Source: Akkermansia sp. (GTDB lineage: Bacteria; Verrucomicrobiota; Verrucomicrobiia; Verrucomicrobiales; Akkermansiaceae). Taken from it: 64,000 nucleotides of DNA. The position numbers and the translations under genes were made by a program. The stretch is from the NCBI GenBank assembly GCA_024405435.1, contig JAKSOU010000004.1, forward strand, positions 576 to 64,575, given 5' to 3'. The notes beneath the pieces were generated by a model. The model did no database searches, was not told the origin of the DNA, and worked only from the letters and a program-made list of their open reading frames with translations. Shown one piece after another: positions 37,896 to 47,489 of the stretch; position 1 is the stretch's first letter, and each line of letters starts with the position of its first letter.

Positions 37896-40800
37896 TCACT
37901 TTCCGCGGCAGATGGCGCGCAGGCGGCGGGAGGCTATGAGGATGGGAACCAGGCCCATGAGGAAGAGGTAAATGCTGTCCCGCTTGACGGTGGAGACGGA
38001 GCCGGAGTCCGTGTCCTGGTCGAAACTGCCGAAGGGCGCGGGCTGGCGCGGGGCCAGGAAGAAGCCGCGGTCCTCCTCCTGGCGGTCGTCCTTGCGGGCG
38101 GTTTTCACGCCCTCTCGCACGGATGCGAGCTTGCGGTTGGAGAAGTAGAATTCCGCCGGGTGGTCCGTGGCCTGCCGCGCGCGGTTGTCCTGCTCCGCGG
38201 AGAGCTCGTCCAGGTATTTCTCATCCATGGAGAGGGCGGCCTTGCGCACGCGGCGCAGCAGGTCGCTCGCCTCCTCGTCGTCCGCGGCCATGCCGTTGAA
38301 GGCCAGTGCGGCGCGCTGGATGAAGCGCAGGTCCTCCTCTGTGCCGTGCTCCTTGAGCTCGTCGCGGAATTCTTTCACGCGGTCGTTCTCCAGGTCCCAC
38401 AGGTTGTCGGAGGTCTGCATAACGAACATCATCTCGAAAGCGTAGCGCAGGGGGCAGAATTCCGCGATGAGGGGCACGGGCTTGGAGCTGATGTTGTGGG
38501 TGGTTTCGTCCTGGTACGCCACGCGGTGGCGCAGGGTGGAGAGCTTGTGGTCGATGGCGGCGGGGAGCACGCCGTCCGGTATGTGGGGGCTGAACTCGTT
38601 CATTTCCTCGAACCGCACCAGGGCGCCCGCCAGCAGGATTTGCGGCACCAGCAGCAGCGGCACGATGTTGAGCGCCGTGCGCTCCGAGCGCACAAAGGCG
38701 GAGACGCAAAGCGAGAGGGAAATGCCCACAAAGGCCGTGAGCAGCATCACCAGGAAGTGCTCCCAGAACATGCCGTGGATTTCCAGCACGGCGTTGCCCA
38801 CCCACAGGTAGAGCGCGCACTGCAGCCCGGCAATGCCGGTGAGCACCAGCGTTTTGGCCAGCAGGTAGCCGCTCGTGAAGAGCTTGTAGTTGCTCTCGCG
38901 CCGCAGGATGGGGCGGTCCCGCAGGATTTCGCACGCGGAGTCCGTGAGCCCGAAGAACATGGCCAGCACCAGGGAGAGGAACAGGTACTCCGTGATGTGA
39001 AGGGATTTGTAGAACGTGTACGGCGCATCCGTGGCCGCACGCAGCGTGCCCGCTATCAGCAGCGCCAGCACAGGTCCCTCCAGCAGCAGCGCGTACAGGC
39101 CCATTCTGCTGCGCAGGCGCGACAGGAACGTGCGCGACACCCACAGCGTGAACAGGCGCCACAGCTCCATGGGGCGGCGGCGCGGCATGTTGGGGATGGG
39201 TTTCGCCTGCTCCGCGGAGGGCTCTGCGGGAGCGCTCTCCGCGGCGTTGCGGTAGGCGTACCGCTCATAGCGCTCCTGCCACAGGTCCGGGGAGACGTCC
39301 GTGCGGTTCTCGATGGCGCGGAAGGGGGCGTCCAGCACCTCGAACACGTAGTCCGCACCGCCGGCCGCTATGGCCTCCTTGGTGACGTGCAGCCCCAGCT
39401 CCTCCGCCGCGGCGCGGAAGTAGTCAACCATCTCCTGCGGCGTGCCCCAGAAGGCCATCTTGCCGTGCGGGTCCAGCACCATCACCTTGTTGAACCGGTT
39501 GAGCAGCACCTGCGCCGGGCGGTGCAGGGTGCAGATGAGCATGCGCCCGTAGGTCATGTTCTCCAGGGTCTGGATCACGCGCTCCGCATCGCCGGAGGAG
39601 AGGCCGCTGATCGGCTCGTCGATAAGGTAGACCTCCGCCGTGCCGGTGAGGTCCAGCCCCAGGTTCAGGCGGGTGCGTTCGCCGTCGGAGAGGGTGCGTT
39701 CGCCGGCGCGGCCCACGTTGCGCTTGGCCAGGTGGGAGATGCCCACAAAGCTGAGCACGGAGAGGGTTCTGCGCATGCGGTCCACCGGGCTGAGCAGCGG
39801 GCGGCGCGCAATGGAGGCCTGGTACACGTGCTCCTCCACGGTCATGGCCTCGTCCAGGATGTCCTCCCGCGGGATGAAGGCGATGTAGCGGCGCAGGTTG
39901 TCGGAATCCGGGGTGAGCTCCTCGCTGTTGTAGTGGATGCTGCCGAAGGAAGGCGCCAGGTGCCCGGCGAGCATGGAGAGCAGGGTGCTCTTGCCGGAGC
40001 CGCTGGGCCCCAGGATGCACGCCATCTCCCCGCGCTTCAAGGAGAAGTCGATGTTGTTCACCACGCGCCCGGCGCGCATGAAATCGCGCGTGAGGCCGCG
40101 CACGCGCAGCGAGGTCACCGCGCTGGATTCCTCCTCCAGCACTCCTGCGGAGAACCGGCAGCGCAGGTATTGCACCGCGCTCAGCGCTATCAGGTCGCCG
40201 TCTATGAGCTTGGTGTCGCCGCGCACCGGCTGGTCGCCCACGGTGATGCTGTGGGCGTCTCCCTCCAGCACGCGGAGCATGCCGGTGTTGGTGTTGCGGG
40301 AGTAGGTGACCTCGAAGACGGTTCCGGGTGCCAGGCCGGGGGTGAGCATGAGCGCGCCGGGGCGGTTCATGTAGGGCATGTTGCTCACCAGGATGCGGCG
40401 CTTGCCGGGATCCAGCTGGAAACTGTGGCCGGTGGAATCTTTGTCCGCCAGTTCCGCAAAGTTGAAGGGCCCCTGGCCCTGCACGGTGAACGGCGTGTAG
40501 TAGGAGGCGCCCACGGCGTCCCCGTAGTGCAGCAGCCTGCCGTCCAGCACAAACTGCGCATCGTGCCGCATGATTTCAATCTCCACGTGCACGCCGAACT
40601 TCAGGCGGGCGATGCAGTTGAGCGGGCGCTGGCGGGTGATGGACACCATGTCGTCCTCCATTTCCAGGTAGTACACCAGCATCATGCCGGAGTACTGCGC
40701 CTGCAGCAGGCGGCGGATGGTGCCGTAGCGGAAGTGACAGCTTCCCAGCTCCACGCGCTGCCCCTGGGAGAGCGGCAGAATGTCCCCCTTCTGCAGGTAG

Positions 40801-41516
40801 CGGCCGCGCACGGAGATGGGCTTCATGCCGTCGTTCACCACCAGCAGCACGTTCACGCAGCGCAGCACGCGGAAGCGCACGGCGTCCTCGCTCTCCGGCA
40901 GCTGCACGTTGCCGAAGGTGATGTCTGTGGAGAAGGAGAGGCTCTCGATGGGGCGCGTGGCAATCTTGCCGGGGGTGTTGACCAATTTGTCGATGATGCC
41001 CGCGGCACCGGGGAGGTTGAGGCCGTTTGCCACCTCCTCGAAAAGCTCCGGGGTGCCTTCGCGGCCCTGGATGCGGTGCAGCAGGGTGTACACCTCCAGC
41101 GCCAGGGCAATGCGCTCCTCCGCGGTGCGCTTGGCCGCTGCAAGCGTGAGGGTGGATTGCAGCGGGTAGTGCGCCTCGTACGATTTGCGGAAGCGCTCCG
41201 CCAGCCAGATGTGCTCCACGTTCGGGAAATCGTAGCGCAGGATGTCCATGGCCGCGTACAGCACCTCCGGCGCCGGGTTGTCCAGCATTCCCAGGATGGA
41301 GGCGAAGAGGTCCGCTATGATGCCGGCGTGGGCGCGGTCGCTCTCGGCCTTCGGGATGAAGCGGCGCGGGGCGTCCGCGGCAAAGGCCACCACATCGGTG
41401 TACGCATGCAGTACCGCGCGGTGGCCGCGCTGCAGGGCGTCCCAGGCCGCCGCCCGTGCAGAGGAGAGGAAAGCCACGGCCCTGGTGAGGGCGTCTCGGA
41501 TGTCCTGCATCTTCAT
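37896..41516 (-). CDS. Large NBD-TMD (ABCG-type) half transporter with long N-terminal extension containing FHA-like segments
   Basis: Walker A GPSGSGKST, signature LSDGE, Walker B YLIDEP, H-loop TLH; C-terminal ABC-2 TM domain (EILRDRPILRRE). ~600 aa precede the NBD. Confidence 0.85.
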   Translation of the reverse strand: MKMQDIRDALTRAVAFLSSARAAAWDALQRGHRAVLHAYTDVVAFAADAPRRFIPKAESDRAHAGIIADLFASILGMLDNPAPEVLYAAMDILRYDFPNVEHIWLAERFRKSYEAHYPLQSTLTLAAAKRTAEERIALALEVYTLLHRIQGREGTPELFEEVANGLNLPGAAGIIDKLVNTPGKIATRPIESLSFSTDITFGNVQLPESEDAVRFRVLRCVNVLLVVNDGMKPISVRGRYLQKGDILPLSQGQRVELGSCHFRYGTIRRLLQAQYSGMMLVYYLEMEDDMVSITRQRPLNCIARLKFGVHVEIEIMRHDAQFVLDGRLLHYGDAVGASYYTPFTVQGQGPFNFAELADKDSTGHSFQLDPGKRRILVSNMPYMNRPGALMLTPGLAPGTVFEVTYSRNTNTGMLRVLEGDAHSITVGDQPVRGDTKLIDGDLIALSAVQYLRCRFSAGVLEEESSAVTSLRVRGLTRDFMRAGRVVNNIDFSLKRGEMACILGPSGSGKSTLLSMLAGHLAPSFGSIHYNSEELTPDSDNLRRYIAFIPREDILDEAMTVEEHVYQASIARRPLLSPVDRMRRTLSVLSFVGISHLAKRNVGRAGERTLSDGERTRLNLGLDLTGTAEVYLIDEPISGLSSGDAERVIQTLENMTYGRMLICTLHRPAQVLLNRFNKVMVLDPHGKMAFWGTPQEMVDYFRAAAEELGLHVTKEAIAAGGADYVFEVLDAPFRAIENRTDVSPDLWQERYERYAYRNAAESAPAEPSAEQAKPIPNMPRRRPMELWRLFTLWVSRTFLSRLRSRMGLYALLLEGPVLALLIAGTLRAATDAPYTFYKSLHITEYLFLSLVLAMFFGLTDSACEILRDRPILRRESNYKLFTSGYLLAKTLVLTGIAGLQCALYLWVGNAVLEIHGMFWEHFLVMLLTAFVGISLSLCVSAFVRSERTALNIVPLLLVPQILLAGALVRFEEMNEFSPHIPDGVLPAAIDHKLSTLRHRVAYQDETTHNISSKPVPLIAEFCPLRYAFEMMFVMQTSDNLWDLENDRVKEFRDELKEHGTEEDLRFIQRAALAFNGMAADDEEASDLLRRVRKAALSMDEKYLDELSAEQDNRARQATDHPAEFYFSNRKLASVREGVKTARKDDRQEEDRGFFLAPRQPAPFGSFDQDTDSGSVSTVKRDSIYLFLMGLVPILIASRRLRAICRGK

Positions 41517-41854
41517 GGGCGGCTCTCCTTTCCGTATCCCGGGCAGCGCAGCTCCCAGCCGGGGAAGTTCCATTTCTGCGGGAAATCGCGGCACTGCTGC
41601 GGCTTCACGGATTGGATGCGGCAGGTGTTGTCCGCGTTGAGCATGATGCACGCGCCGTCCGCGGCCTCCGTGAGGGAGAGTCCGCGGCGGTTGCTCTGCA
41701 GGCGGCAGTATTGGTTGATGAATTCCTGTTCGTCCAGGTGCAGGAAGGCGGCAATGGCGGTGATGTCACCCTCCGTCAGGCACACGTTGCCCTCCCAGCG
41801 GCAGCATGCGCCGCAGCGTTGGCAGGTGTGGGGCTGGGTCAGAGGGGTGGTCAT
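41513..41854 (-). CDS. YkgJ family cysteine-cluster protein
   Basis: CQRCGACC, ACIML, CRIQSVKPQQCRDFP. Confidence 0.88.
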   Translation of the reverse strand: MTTPLTQPHTCQRCGACCRWEGNVCLTEGDITAIAAFLHLDEQEFINQYCRLQSNRRGLSLTEAADGACIMLNADNTCRIQSVKPQQCRDFPQKWNFPGWELRCPGYGKESRP

Positions 41855-41864
41855 CGTAAAGGTG

Positions 41865-42497
41865 TCAGTGTGGGAATTCCCAGGGTTTGTGCCGGGCGTC
41901 CGTGATGTGCGGCGGGCGCACGTAGATGGGTTCCGCGGGCTTGGCGGCCAGCGCGGCGCGCGCGGCGTCATCCATGCCCAGCCACGTTTCCACCAAACCC
42001 TGTGCCGTGGGGCGCAGCCCGCAGCGTTCCGCGGGAATGTGGGTGCCGCGCATGTATTCTGCATCTTCCACACTGTAGATGGGCGCGCCTTCGGCGGTCA
42101 TGCGCCCCAGCTCGTTGTAGTTGATGACGTCAATTGTCCCGTCGGGCTTGCGCAGGGTCCAGCCGCCGCGGCGTGCGTTGGAAATGATGTAGGCGCCTTC
42201 CGCCGCCAGCTGGTTCCAGGAAGGCACGGCCACCAGCTTGGCGCCGCGCACCATGGAGACGCCCACGCCCGCGGCCAGGGCCACGCGCACGCCGCCGTAG
42301 CTGCCGGGGCCCGCGCCCACCAGCACCGCATCCAGCGGGGAATCGCCCAGCGCATCCAGCGCGCGCTGCAGGGCGGGGAAAAGGTAGGCATCGTGGTTGC
42401 GCTCCGCGTGCCACGCGGACTCCGCGGCGAACCCGCCGCCCGTGTAGAGGCAGAGGGTGGCGTCCGCAACGGAGGTTTCTATGGCGAGGAGGTTCAT
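41865..42497 (-). CDS. tsaB: tRNA threonylcarbamoyladenosine biosynthesis protein TsaB
   Basis: LAIETS, GAGPGSYGGVRV, NARRG, PIYVRPP. Confidence 0.88.
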   Translation of the reverse strand: MNLLAIETSVADATLCLYTGGGFAAESAWHAERNHDAYLFPALQRALDALGDSPLDAVLVGAGPGSYGGVRVALAAGVGVSMVRGAKLVAVPSWNQLAAEGAYIISNARRGGWTLRKPDGTIDVINYNELGRMTAEGAPIYSVEDAEYMRGTHIPAERCGLRPTAQGLVETWLGMDDAARAALAAKPAEPIYVRPPHITDARHKPWEFPH

Positions 42498-43345
42498 GGG
42501 CGGGAGAGCAGGGCGGTGGTCCACTTGCCGCGGGAGACTTTCTTCTGCAGTTTCAGCCCGGCGGCCTGCGCGGCTTGCAGGGTTTCCTGCCACTGGGTGT
42601 TCAGGATGCCGGAGACGATGAGCGCACCCTGCGGCTTCATGGCTCGCAGCAGTTTGGGAAATGCCTTTTGCAGCACCGCGGAGAACAGGTTGGCCAGCAC
42701 CACGTCCGCCACCTCCGCCTTCGCGGGCTTCCACTTGAACACATCCGCCTGGAAGAGGCTCAGGTCCGGCGCGCCGCCGTTGCGCTTGATGTTGCGCTGC
42801 GCCACCTCCACGGCCTTGGGGTCGAAATCGAACGCCACGGCGCGCGCCGCGCCCAGGCGCAGCCCCGCCAGCGCCAGCACGCCCGTGCCGCAGCCTATGT
42901 CCGCCAGGGTCCACTCCTTGCCGCGCAGTTGGCGCGCGCAGTCGCACAGCATGCGCAGGCAGGTGGAGGTGGTGGCGTGGTTGCCCGTGCCGAACGCCTG
43001 CTCCGCCGGGAACGTGAGCAGGATGCGGCCGGGGTATTTCCCTTGCAGCCGCGCCAGCACCTTCGGATTGTCCGATGCGGAAATCACCAGGCGGTCGCGT
43101 ATGATGAGCGGCGGCGTGTTCTCCGGCGCGGTGGCCGCCACCCAGTCCACGTCCTCCATGCGCTCCACGGAGCCGCCGTGGCAGGCCTGCAGCACCAGAA
43201 GCTCATCCACGCTGTCCGCATACACGTCCAGCGACAGCGTGCGGGCCTGGAAGCCGGCGGACACCACGGCGCCGGGGAAGGGGCTGAGGCGTTGCTGCCA
43301 AAGCTCCTCCTGTGCGGCGGGTGCGCTCTTGTGCCACTTCCACAT
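42494..43345 (-). CDS. prmA: Ribosomal protein L11 methyltransferase
   Basis: AFGTGNHATT, DIGCGTGVLA, LANL, SGIL. Confidence 0.92.
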   Translation of the reverse strand: MWKWHKSAPAAQEELWQQRLSPFPGAVVSAGFQARTLSLDVYADSVDELLVLQACHGGSVERMEDVDWVAATAPENTPPLIIRDRLVISASDNPKVLARLQGKYPGRILLTFPAEQAFGTGNHATTSTCLRMLCDCARQLRGKEWTLADIGCGTGVLALAGLRLGAARAVAFDFDPKAVEVAQRNIKRNGGAPDLSLFQADVFKWKPAKAEVADVVLANLFSAVLQKAFPKLLRAMKPQGALIVSGILNTQWQETLQAAQAAGLKLQKKVSRGKWTTALLSRP

Positions 43346-43353
43346 GGTGGATT

Positions 43354-45246
43354 CTACTTGGCGGGATAGATGTTGATTTCCGCGGCGGAGGAACCGGAGC
43401 CCTCGATGGAGCGGGTGGCGGTGAAGCGGAAGAAGCGGGCATCCACGGGGGAGAAGTCCACGCGCTGCTCGATGGGGTTGGCGCGCAGGTTGCCGAACTC
43501 GCCCTCGCCCACCTTCTGCCACGCCTTGCCGTCCTTGCTCACCTCGAAGGTGTAGCGGTCCGTCATGTCCTGCACGGAGCCGTCCTGGCGCGGCGTGTAG
43601 GAGAACGCGGCAATCTTTTGCCTCTGCCCCATGTCCACCGTGATGGATGCCGGGCACTTGTCGGAATGCCAGAGGGTGTCCTCCTTGCCGTCGATGGCGG
43701 CGGCGCCCTTCTTGCTCGTCCAGGAGCCCTTGGCCAGCCCGGTGTCCTGCACCGCGGGCGCGGTCACGGACGAGATGTCCGGCATCTTCAGCAGGGAGAG
43801 CTCGCTGATGCAGGGGCAGGCGCGGCTCTTGGTGATGCGCAGGCGCACCTTGTCCGTGGTGGTGGGTTGCACTCGGCGCATCACCTGGTTGCCGATGCTC
43901 TTGCCGGCGGCGTCCTCAGCGTCGATGGTCTGCCACTGTCCGTCCACCCAGGCGTCGATGGCGAAGTTCTGCACGCGCTGGCCCAGGCGGATTTGCTCGC
44001 GCACGCGCACCACGTCGAACGTGGCGGGCTTCTTGAGCTGCAGCTCCACCTCGCCCGTGGTCTCCTTGTCGTCCGTGCACCAGTAGGACTCGATGTCGCC
44101 GTCCGTCAGCTTCTCCGGGCCGAAGTTCTTGGTGTCCCCGCCGCGCACGTTGCTAGCCTTGGCCTTGGCTCCCTTCGCAAAGTCGTTGGCCAGCAGCTGG
44201 CGGCGTGCCTCGCCGAAGCGCAGCAGCGCATCCACGTCCGCCGGGTCCAGCTGGCCGTCGCGGTTGGCCGCCACGTTCAGGATGAGGTTGGCGCCGTAGC
44301 CCACGCTCTTCATGTACACGTCGTCCATGAGCTTCTGCGGGCTCTTCACGCGGCCCTCCTGGTTGGGGTGCCAGAACCAGCCGGAGCCGTTGATGGTGGT
44401 GTCAGCCTCCAGCGCGAGCCACTTCTCGGTCTTGTCCGGCATGTCGGCCAGGGTTCTGGGATGTCGCTCGTTGGCGGCGTTGGCGGTGTTGATGACGTTC
44501 CAGTAGGGGTACTTCACGAAGCCTTGCTCGGAGCCGCCCCAGGAGGCGTCGCCGCGGCCGGCGGCGCCCCAGATGATGCAGTTGGGCTGCAGCTTGCGGA
44601 TGAGCTTCACCACGTTGGTGAAGTTGTAGTAGTCGTCCGCCTTGCCGATGTTGCGCTTCTCCCTGGCGCCGCCGTAGAAGCCATCGCCGCCGTTGGCGCC
44701 GTCGAACCAAATCTCGAAGATGTTGCCGTACTTGGTGAGCAGTTCCTCAATCTGCTTGTAGTAGACCTTGAGGTAGCCGGGCTTGCCGTACTCCGCGCAG
44801 TTGCGGTCCCACGGGGAGAGGTACACGCCGAAGCGCATGCCGTGGTTCTTGCAGGCGGTGGAGAACTCGCGCGCCACATCGCCCTTGCCCTTCTTCCACG
44901 GGGATTGTGAGATGTTGTGCTTGGTGGCCTTGGTCTGCCACAGGCAGAAGCCGTCGTGGTGCTTGGCGGTGTAGATCATGCCCTTCATGCCCGCCTGCTT
45001 GAAGGTGGAGACAATCTTGTCCGCGTCGAACTGTGTGGGGTTGAACATGGCGGGGTCCTCGTCGCCGTAGCCCCATTCCTTGTTGGTGAAGGTGTTGAGG
45101 CCGAAGTGAACGAAGGCGTACCATTCCATGCGCTGCCACTGGATTTGCTGTTCCGTGGGGACGGCACCGCAGGGTGCGGGGGGACTGGCGGCCCCGGCGG
45201 TGGAAGCCAGCGCCAGCAGGGAGGTGATGATGTGTTGCGTTTTCAT
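43354..45246 (-). CDS. Alpha-L-fucosidase (GH29) with F5/8-type C-terminal domains
   Basis: Signal peptide; FVHFGLNTF, AKHHDGF, YLSPWDRN, EIWFDGA. Confidence 0.93.
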   Translation of the reverse strand: MKTQHIITSLLALASTAGAASPPAPCGAVPTEQQIQWQRMEWYAFVHFGLNTFTNKEWGYGDEDPAMFNPTQFDADKIVSTFKQAGMKGMIYTAKHHDGFCLWQTKATKHNISQSPWKKGKGDVAREFSTACKNHGMRFGVYLSPWDRNCAEYGKPGYLKVYYKQIEELLTKYGNIFEIWFDGANGGDGFYGGAREKRNIGKADDYYNFTNVVKLIRKLQPNCIIWGAAGRGDASWGGSEQGFVKYPYWNVINTANAANERHPRTLADMPDKTEKWLALEADTTINGSGWFWHPNQEGRVKSPQKLMDDVYMKSVGYGANLILNVAANRDGQLDPADVDALLRFGEARRQLLANDFAKGAKAKASNVRGGDTKNFGPEKLTDGDIESYWCTDDKETTGEVELQLKKPATFDVVRVREQIRLGQRVQNFAIDAWVDGQWQTIDAEDAAGKSIGNQVMRRVQPTTTDKVRLRITKSRACPCISELSLLKMPDISSVTAPAVQDTGLAKGSWTSKKGAAAIDGKEDTLWHSDKCPASITVDMGQRQKIAAFSYTPRQDGSVQDMTDRYTFEVSKDGKAWQKVGEGEFGNLRANPIEQRVDFSPVDARFFRFTATRSIEGSGSSAAEINIYPAK

Positions 45247-47474
45247 AAGTCTAGCATGTCTCCGGCAAGCCCCTGCGCGTCTTCGTAGCGCAGGATGAAG
45301 AGTTCGCCCGTCTCCTTGAGCCTGCCGTAGAAGAAGGGGGTGTCTGATGTGTTGTCCCCCGGCACGATTTCAATCGTCCGGGTTTCCCGGTGAGTCTTTT
45401 GCCTGCCCTCGGCGGCGTGCAGCGGGTCCTCCTGCGCGGCGGAGAGCAGCTCCTCCGGCGTGGCCTCCGCGGTCTCGGCCTCCTGCTGTGCGCTGGCCGC
45501 CACGGCCTGCGCCGTCTCCGGCGCGTCCGGCAGCTCCAGCTCCACCGTCACGGTGAACACGGGCTTCTCCAGCGCCTTGAGCGCGTCCTCGTCCGTGCTG
45601 TCCAGCCACTGGGAGGCCTTGAGCTTCTGGAGGCTGCGCAGGTAGTATTCCGCGCGGTGAATGTTGATGTTGGCCGTCACGTCCTTCTCTCCCAGTTTGC
45701 CGGTCCAGGATTCGCCGATGTGGTCGTAGTCCAGCACGAGGGGTGCCTGCCTGTATCCGAGGGTGAGTCTGCGGACGGCGGCGAGGGGAATCGGCGTGAC
45801 GTTCTTGGATTTCCACTTGGCGGCGCGCAGGGAGATTAGGCGGGTGAACTTGGTGTTGAGGCGGAAGACGGAGGAGCCGCCCAGCTCCATGCCGAACCAG
45901 GCCTGCTTGCCGGACTTGGGGTCCGCGTGGCGGCCGATGAGGAAGGTGCGCGCCTCGCGGTCCTTCACCAGCGGCAGGTCGCAGCCGAAGATGACGGCGC
46001 GCACGTTGCACGGGTTGGGCAGCACGGAGAGCACGTAGTTGGGTGCGTCAAGCCCGTACTTGGCGGCCATGGCGCGCGTGTCCTCGCCGGGCGCGGCATC
46101 CGCCGCCACCTCGTCCACCGGGATGTCCCTCATGCCGTGCAGCAGGCTCACCGCCGCGTTGGTGTCGGCGGGCCTGTAGGGCTGGTCTCCCTCGGAGTAC
46201 ATCCACTCGTCGTTGATGCCGCCCTCCGTGTTGCCGGGTATCTTGACCAGGCGGATGGCATCTGCGGAGCGCATGGAGCGGATGGAGATGCGCGCCACGT
46301 CGTTGGCCGCCAGGTCGGAGAACTGGTGGGAGCGCAGCTGGTCCGCGGTGAGCTCCAGGTTGCGCGTGTACGCCGGGCGGTTGCCGGATTTGATCTGCCC
46401 CAGCACCTTCTCCGGCAGCAGGGGCAGCTCCAGGATGCCGCCCATCAGCGTGGCGTAGCTGCCGCCGCGCTCCACATCCGGCGCCGCCTGCAGCAGGAAC
46501 ACGGAATCGCGGTCCGGAACCTTCGCGTAGCGGTACGTGCGCTTGTCCTGCCCATCCTCGAATTCCGGGTACAGGTCAAGCATGATGGGCTGCGGGCCCC
46601 AGCTGCCGTGCAGCTCCACCCGCATTTCAGGCTTCTCCGCCAGCTTGGCATCCGCCGGGTTGAGCACGTGCCGCGCGCGCAGCCGCAGCAGATCCACCAG
46701 GAAGGCGTCCGCCTTCTCGCCGTCTCCCGCCGCCAGGAACGGCGCGGTCACCGCCCAGGCGGATTCCGCGCTCGCGCGCGAGAGGCGCACCTCTGGCTGC
46801 CCCTCCCGCCGCAGGGTGAAGCCCAGGATGCTGTCCGGGTCGAAGAGCAGGGGGTGCGGGTCCCGCAGCCCCTCCAGCCCCTGCTGGAAGATGGGCAGGA
46901 TGTTGCAGGTGACCACGTGGATGCGCTTGTCTCGCCCGTAGAAGTCGGTTCTCAGGTAGACGGTGGGGATGATGTCCTTCCCGTTGCCGGCATCCGCCAT
47001 CCAGGGTGAGGTGTTGCCCAGGGTGAAGCGCGCCACGGTGTGGCGCTTGCCCTTCGAGTGGGAGGGTGCTTTCAGCGTGATGCTGTGGGGGGAGGTCTCC
47101 ACGCCGTACTCGCGCATGTTCAGGCGGGTGGTGTTGTTGAGCGGCAGGGAATCCACCAGGCGCGTGTTGCCGGCGAACGCCAGGATGGCCTCCACCGCGC
47201 CGGTGGACATGCGGTCCCGGAACGGCTTCTCTATCCACCACACCCCGCCCGCATCCTTCTGGCACACGATTTCATCGTGCAGGTCGCGGATGCGTATCCA
47301 GTCCACATCGTCCAGTTGCGCCAGGCCGGCCTTGGTGAGCAGGGGCTCCCCAGGCTCGAAACGGTGCCAGCCCGTGATGCTCGACAAGTTGCCGTAGCGC
47401 ACCTCTTCCACCACCAGGGCAACGCAGAACGCGGCCAGGGCGGTCAGGATGGATGTTGTGAGGCTGCAGCGCAT
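45243..47474 (-). CDS. DUF4340 domain-containing protein
   Basis: N-terminal TM; repeated DUF4340-like segments (EYGVETSPHSITL, KYGLDAPNYVL); follows the GldG-like gene. Confidence 0.75.
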   Translation of the reverse strand: MRCSLTTSILTALAAFCVALVVEEVRYGNLSSITGWHRFEPGEPLLTKAGLAQLDDVDWIRIRDLHDEIVCQKDAGGVWWIEKPFRDRMSTGAVEAILAFAGNTRLVDSLPLNNTTRLNMREYGVETSPHSITLKAPSHSKGKRHTVARFTLGNTSPWMADAGNGKDIIPTVYLRTDFYGRDKRIHVVTCNILPIFQQGLEGLRDPHPLLFDPDSILGFTLRREGQPEVRLSRASAESAWAVTAPFLAAGDGEKADAFLVDLLRLRARHVLNPADAKLAEKPEMRVELHGSWGPQPIMLDLYPEFEDGQDKRTYRYAKVPDRDSVFLLQAAPDVERGGSYATLMGGILELPLLPEKVLGQIKSGNRPAYTRNLELTADQLRSHQFSDLAANDVARISIRSMRSADAIRLVKIPGNTEGGINDEWMYSEGDQPYRPADTNAAVSLLHGMRDIPVDEVAADAAPGEDTRAMAAKYGLDAPNYVLSVLPNPCNVRAVIFGCDLPLVKDREARTFLIGRHADPKSGKQAWFGMELGGSSVFRLNTKFTRLISLRAAKWKSKNVTPIPLAAVRRLTLGYRQAPLVLDYDHIGESWTGKLGEKDVTANINIHRAEYYLRSLQKLKASQWLDSTDEDALKALEKPVFTVTVELELPDAPETAQAVAASAQQEAETAEATPEELLSAAQEDPLHAAEGRQKTHRETRTIEIVPGDNTSDTPFFYGRLKETGELFILRYEDAQGLAGDMLDL

Positions 47475-47489
47475 AGGGATTTTCTCGGT

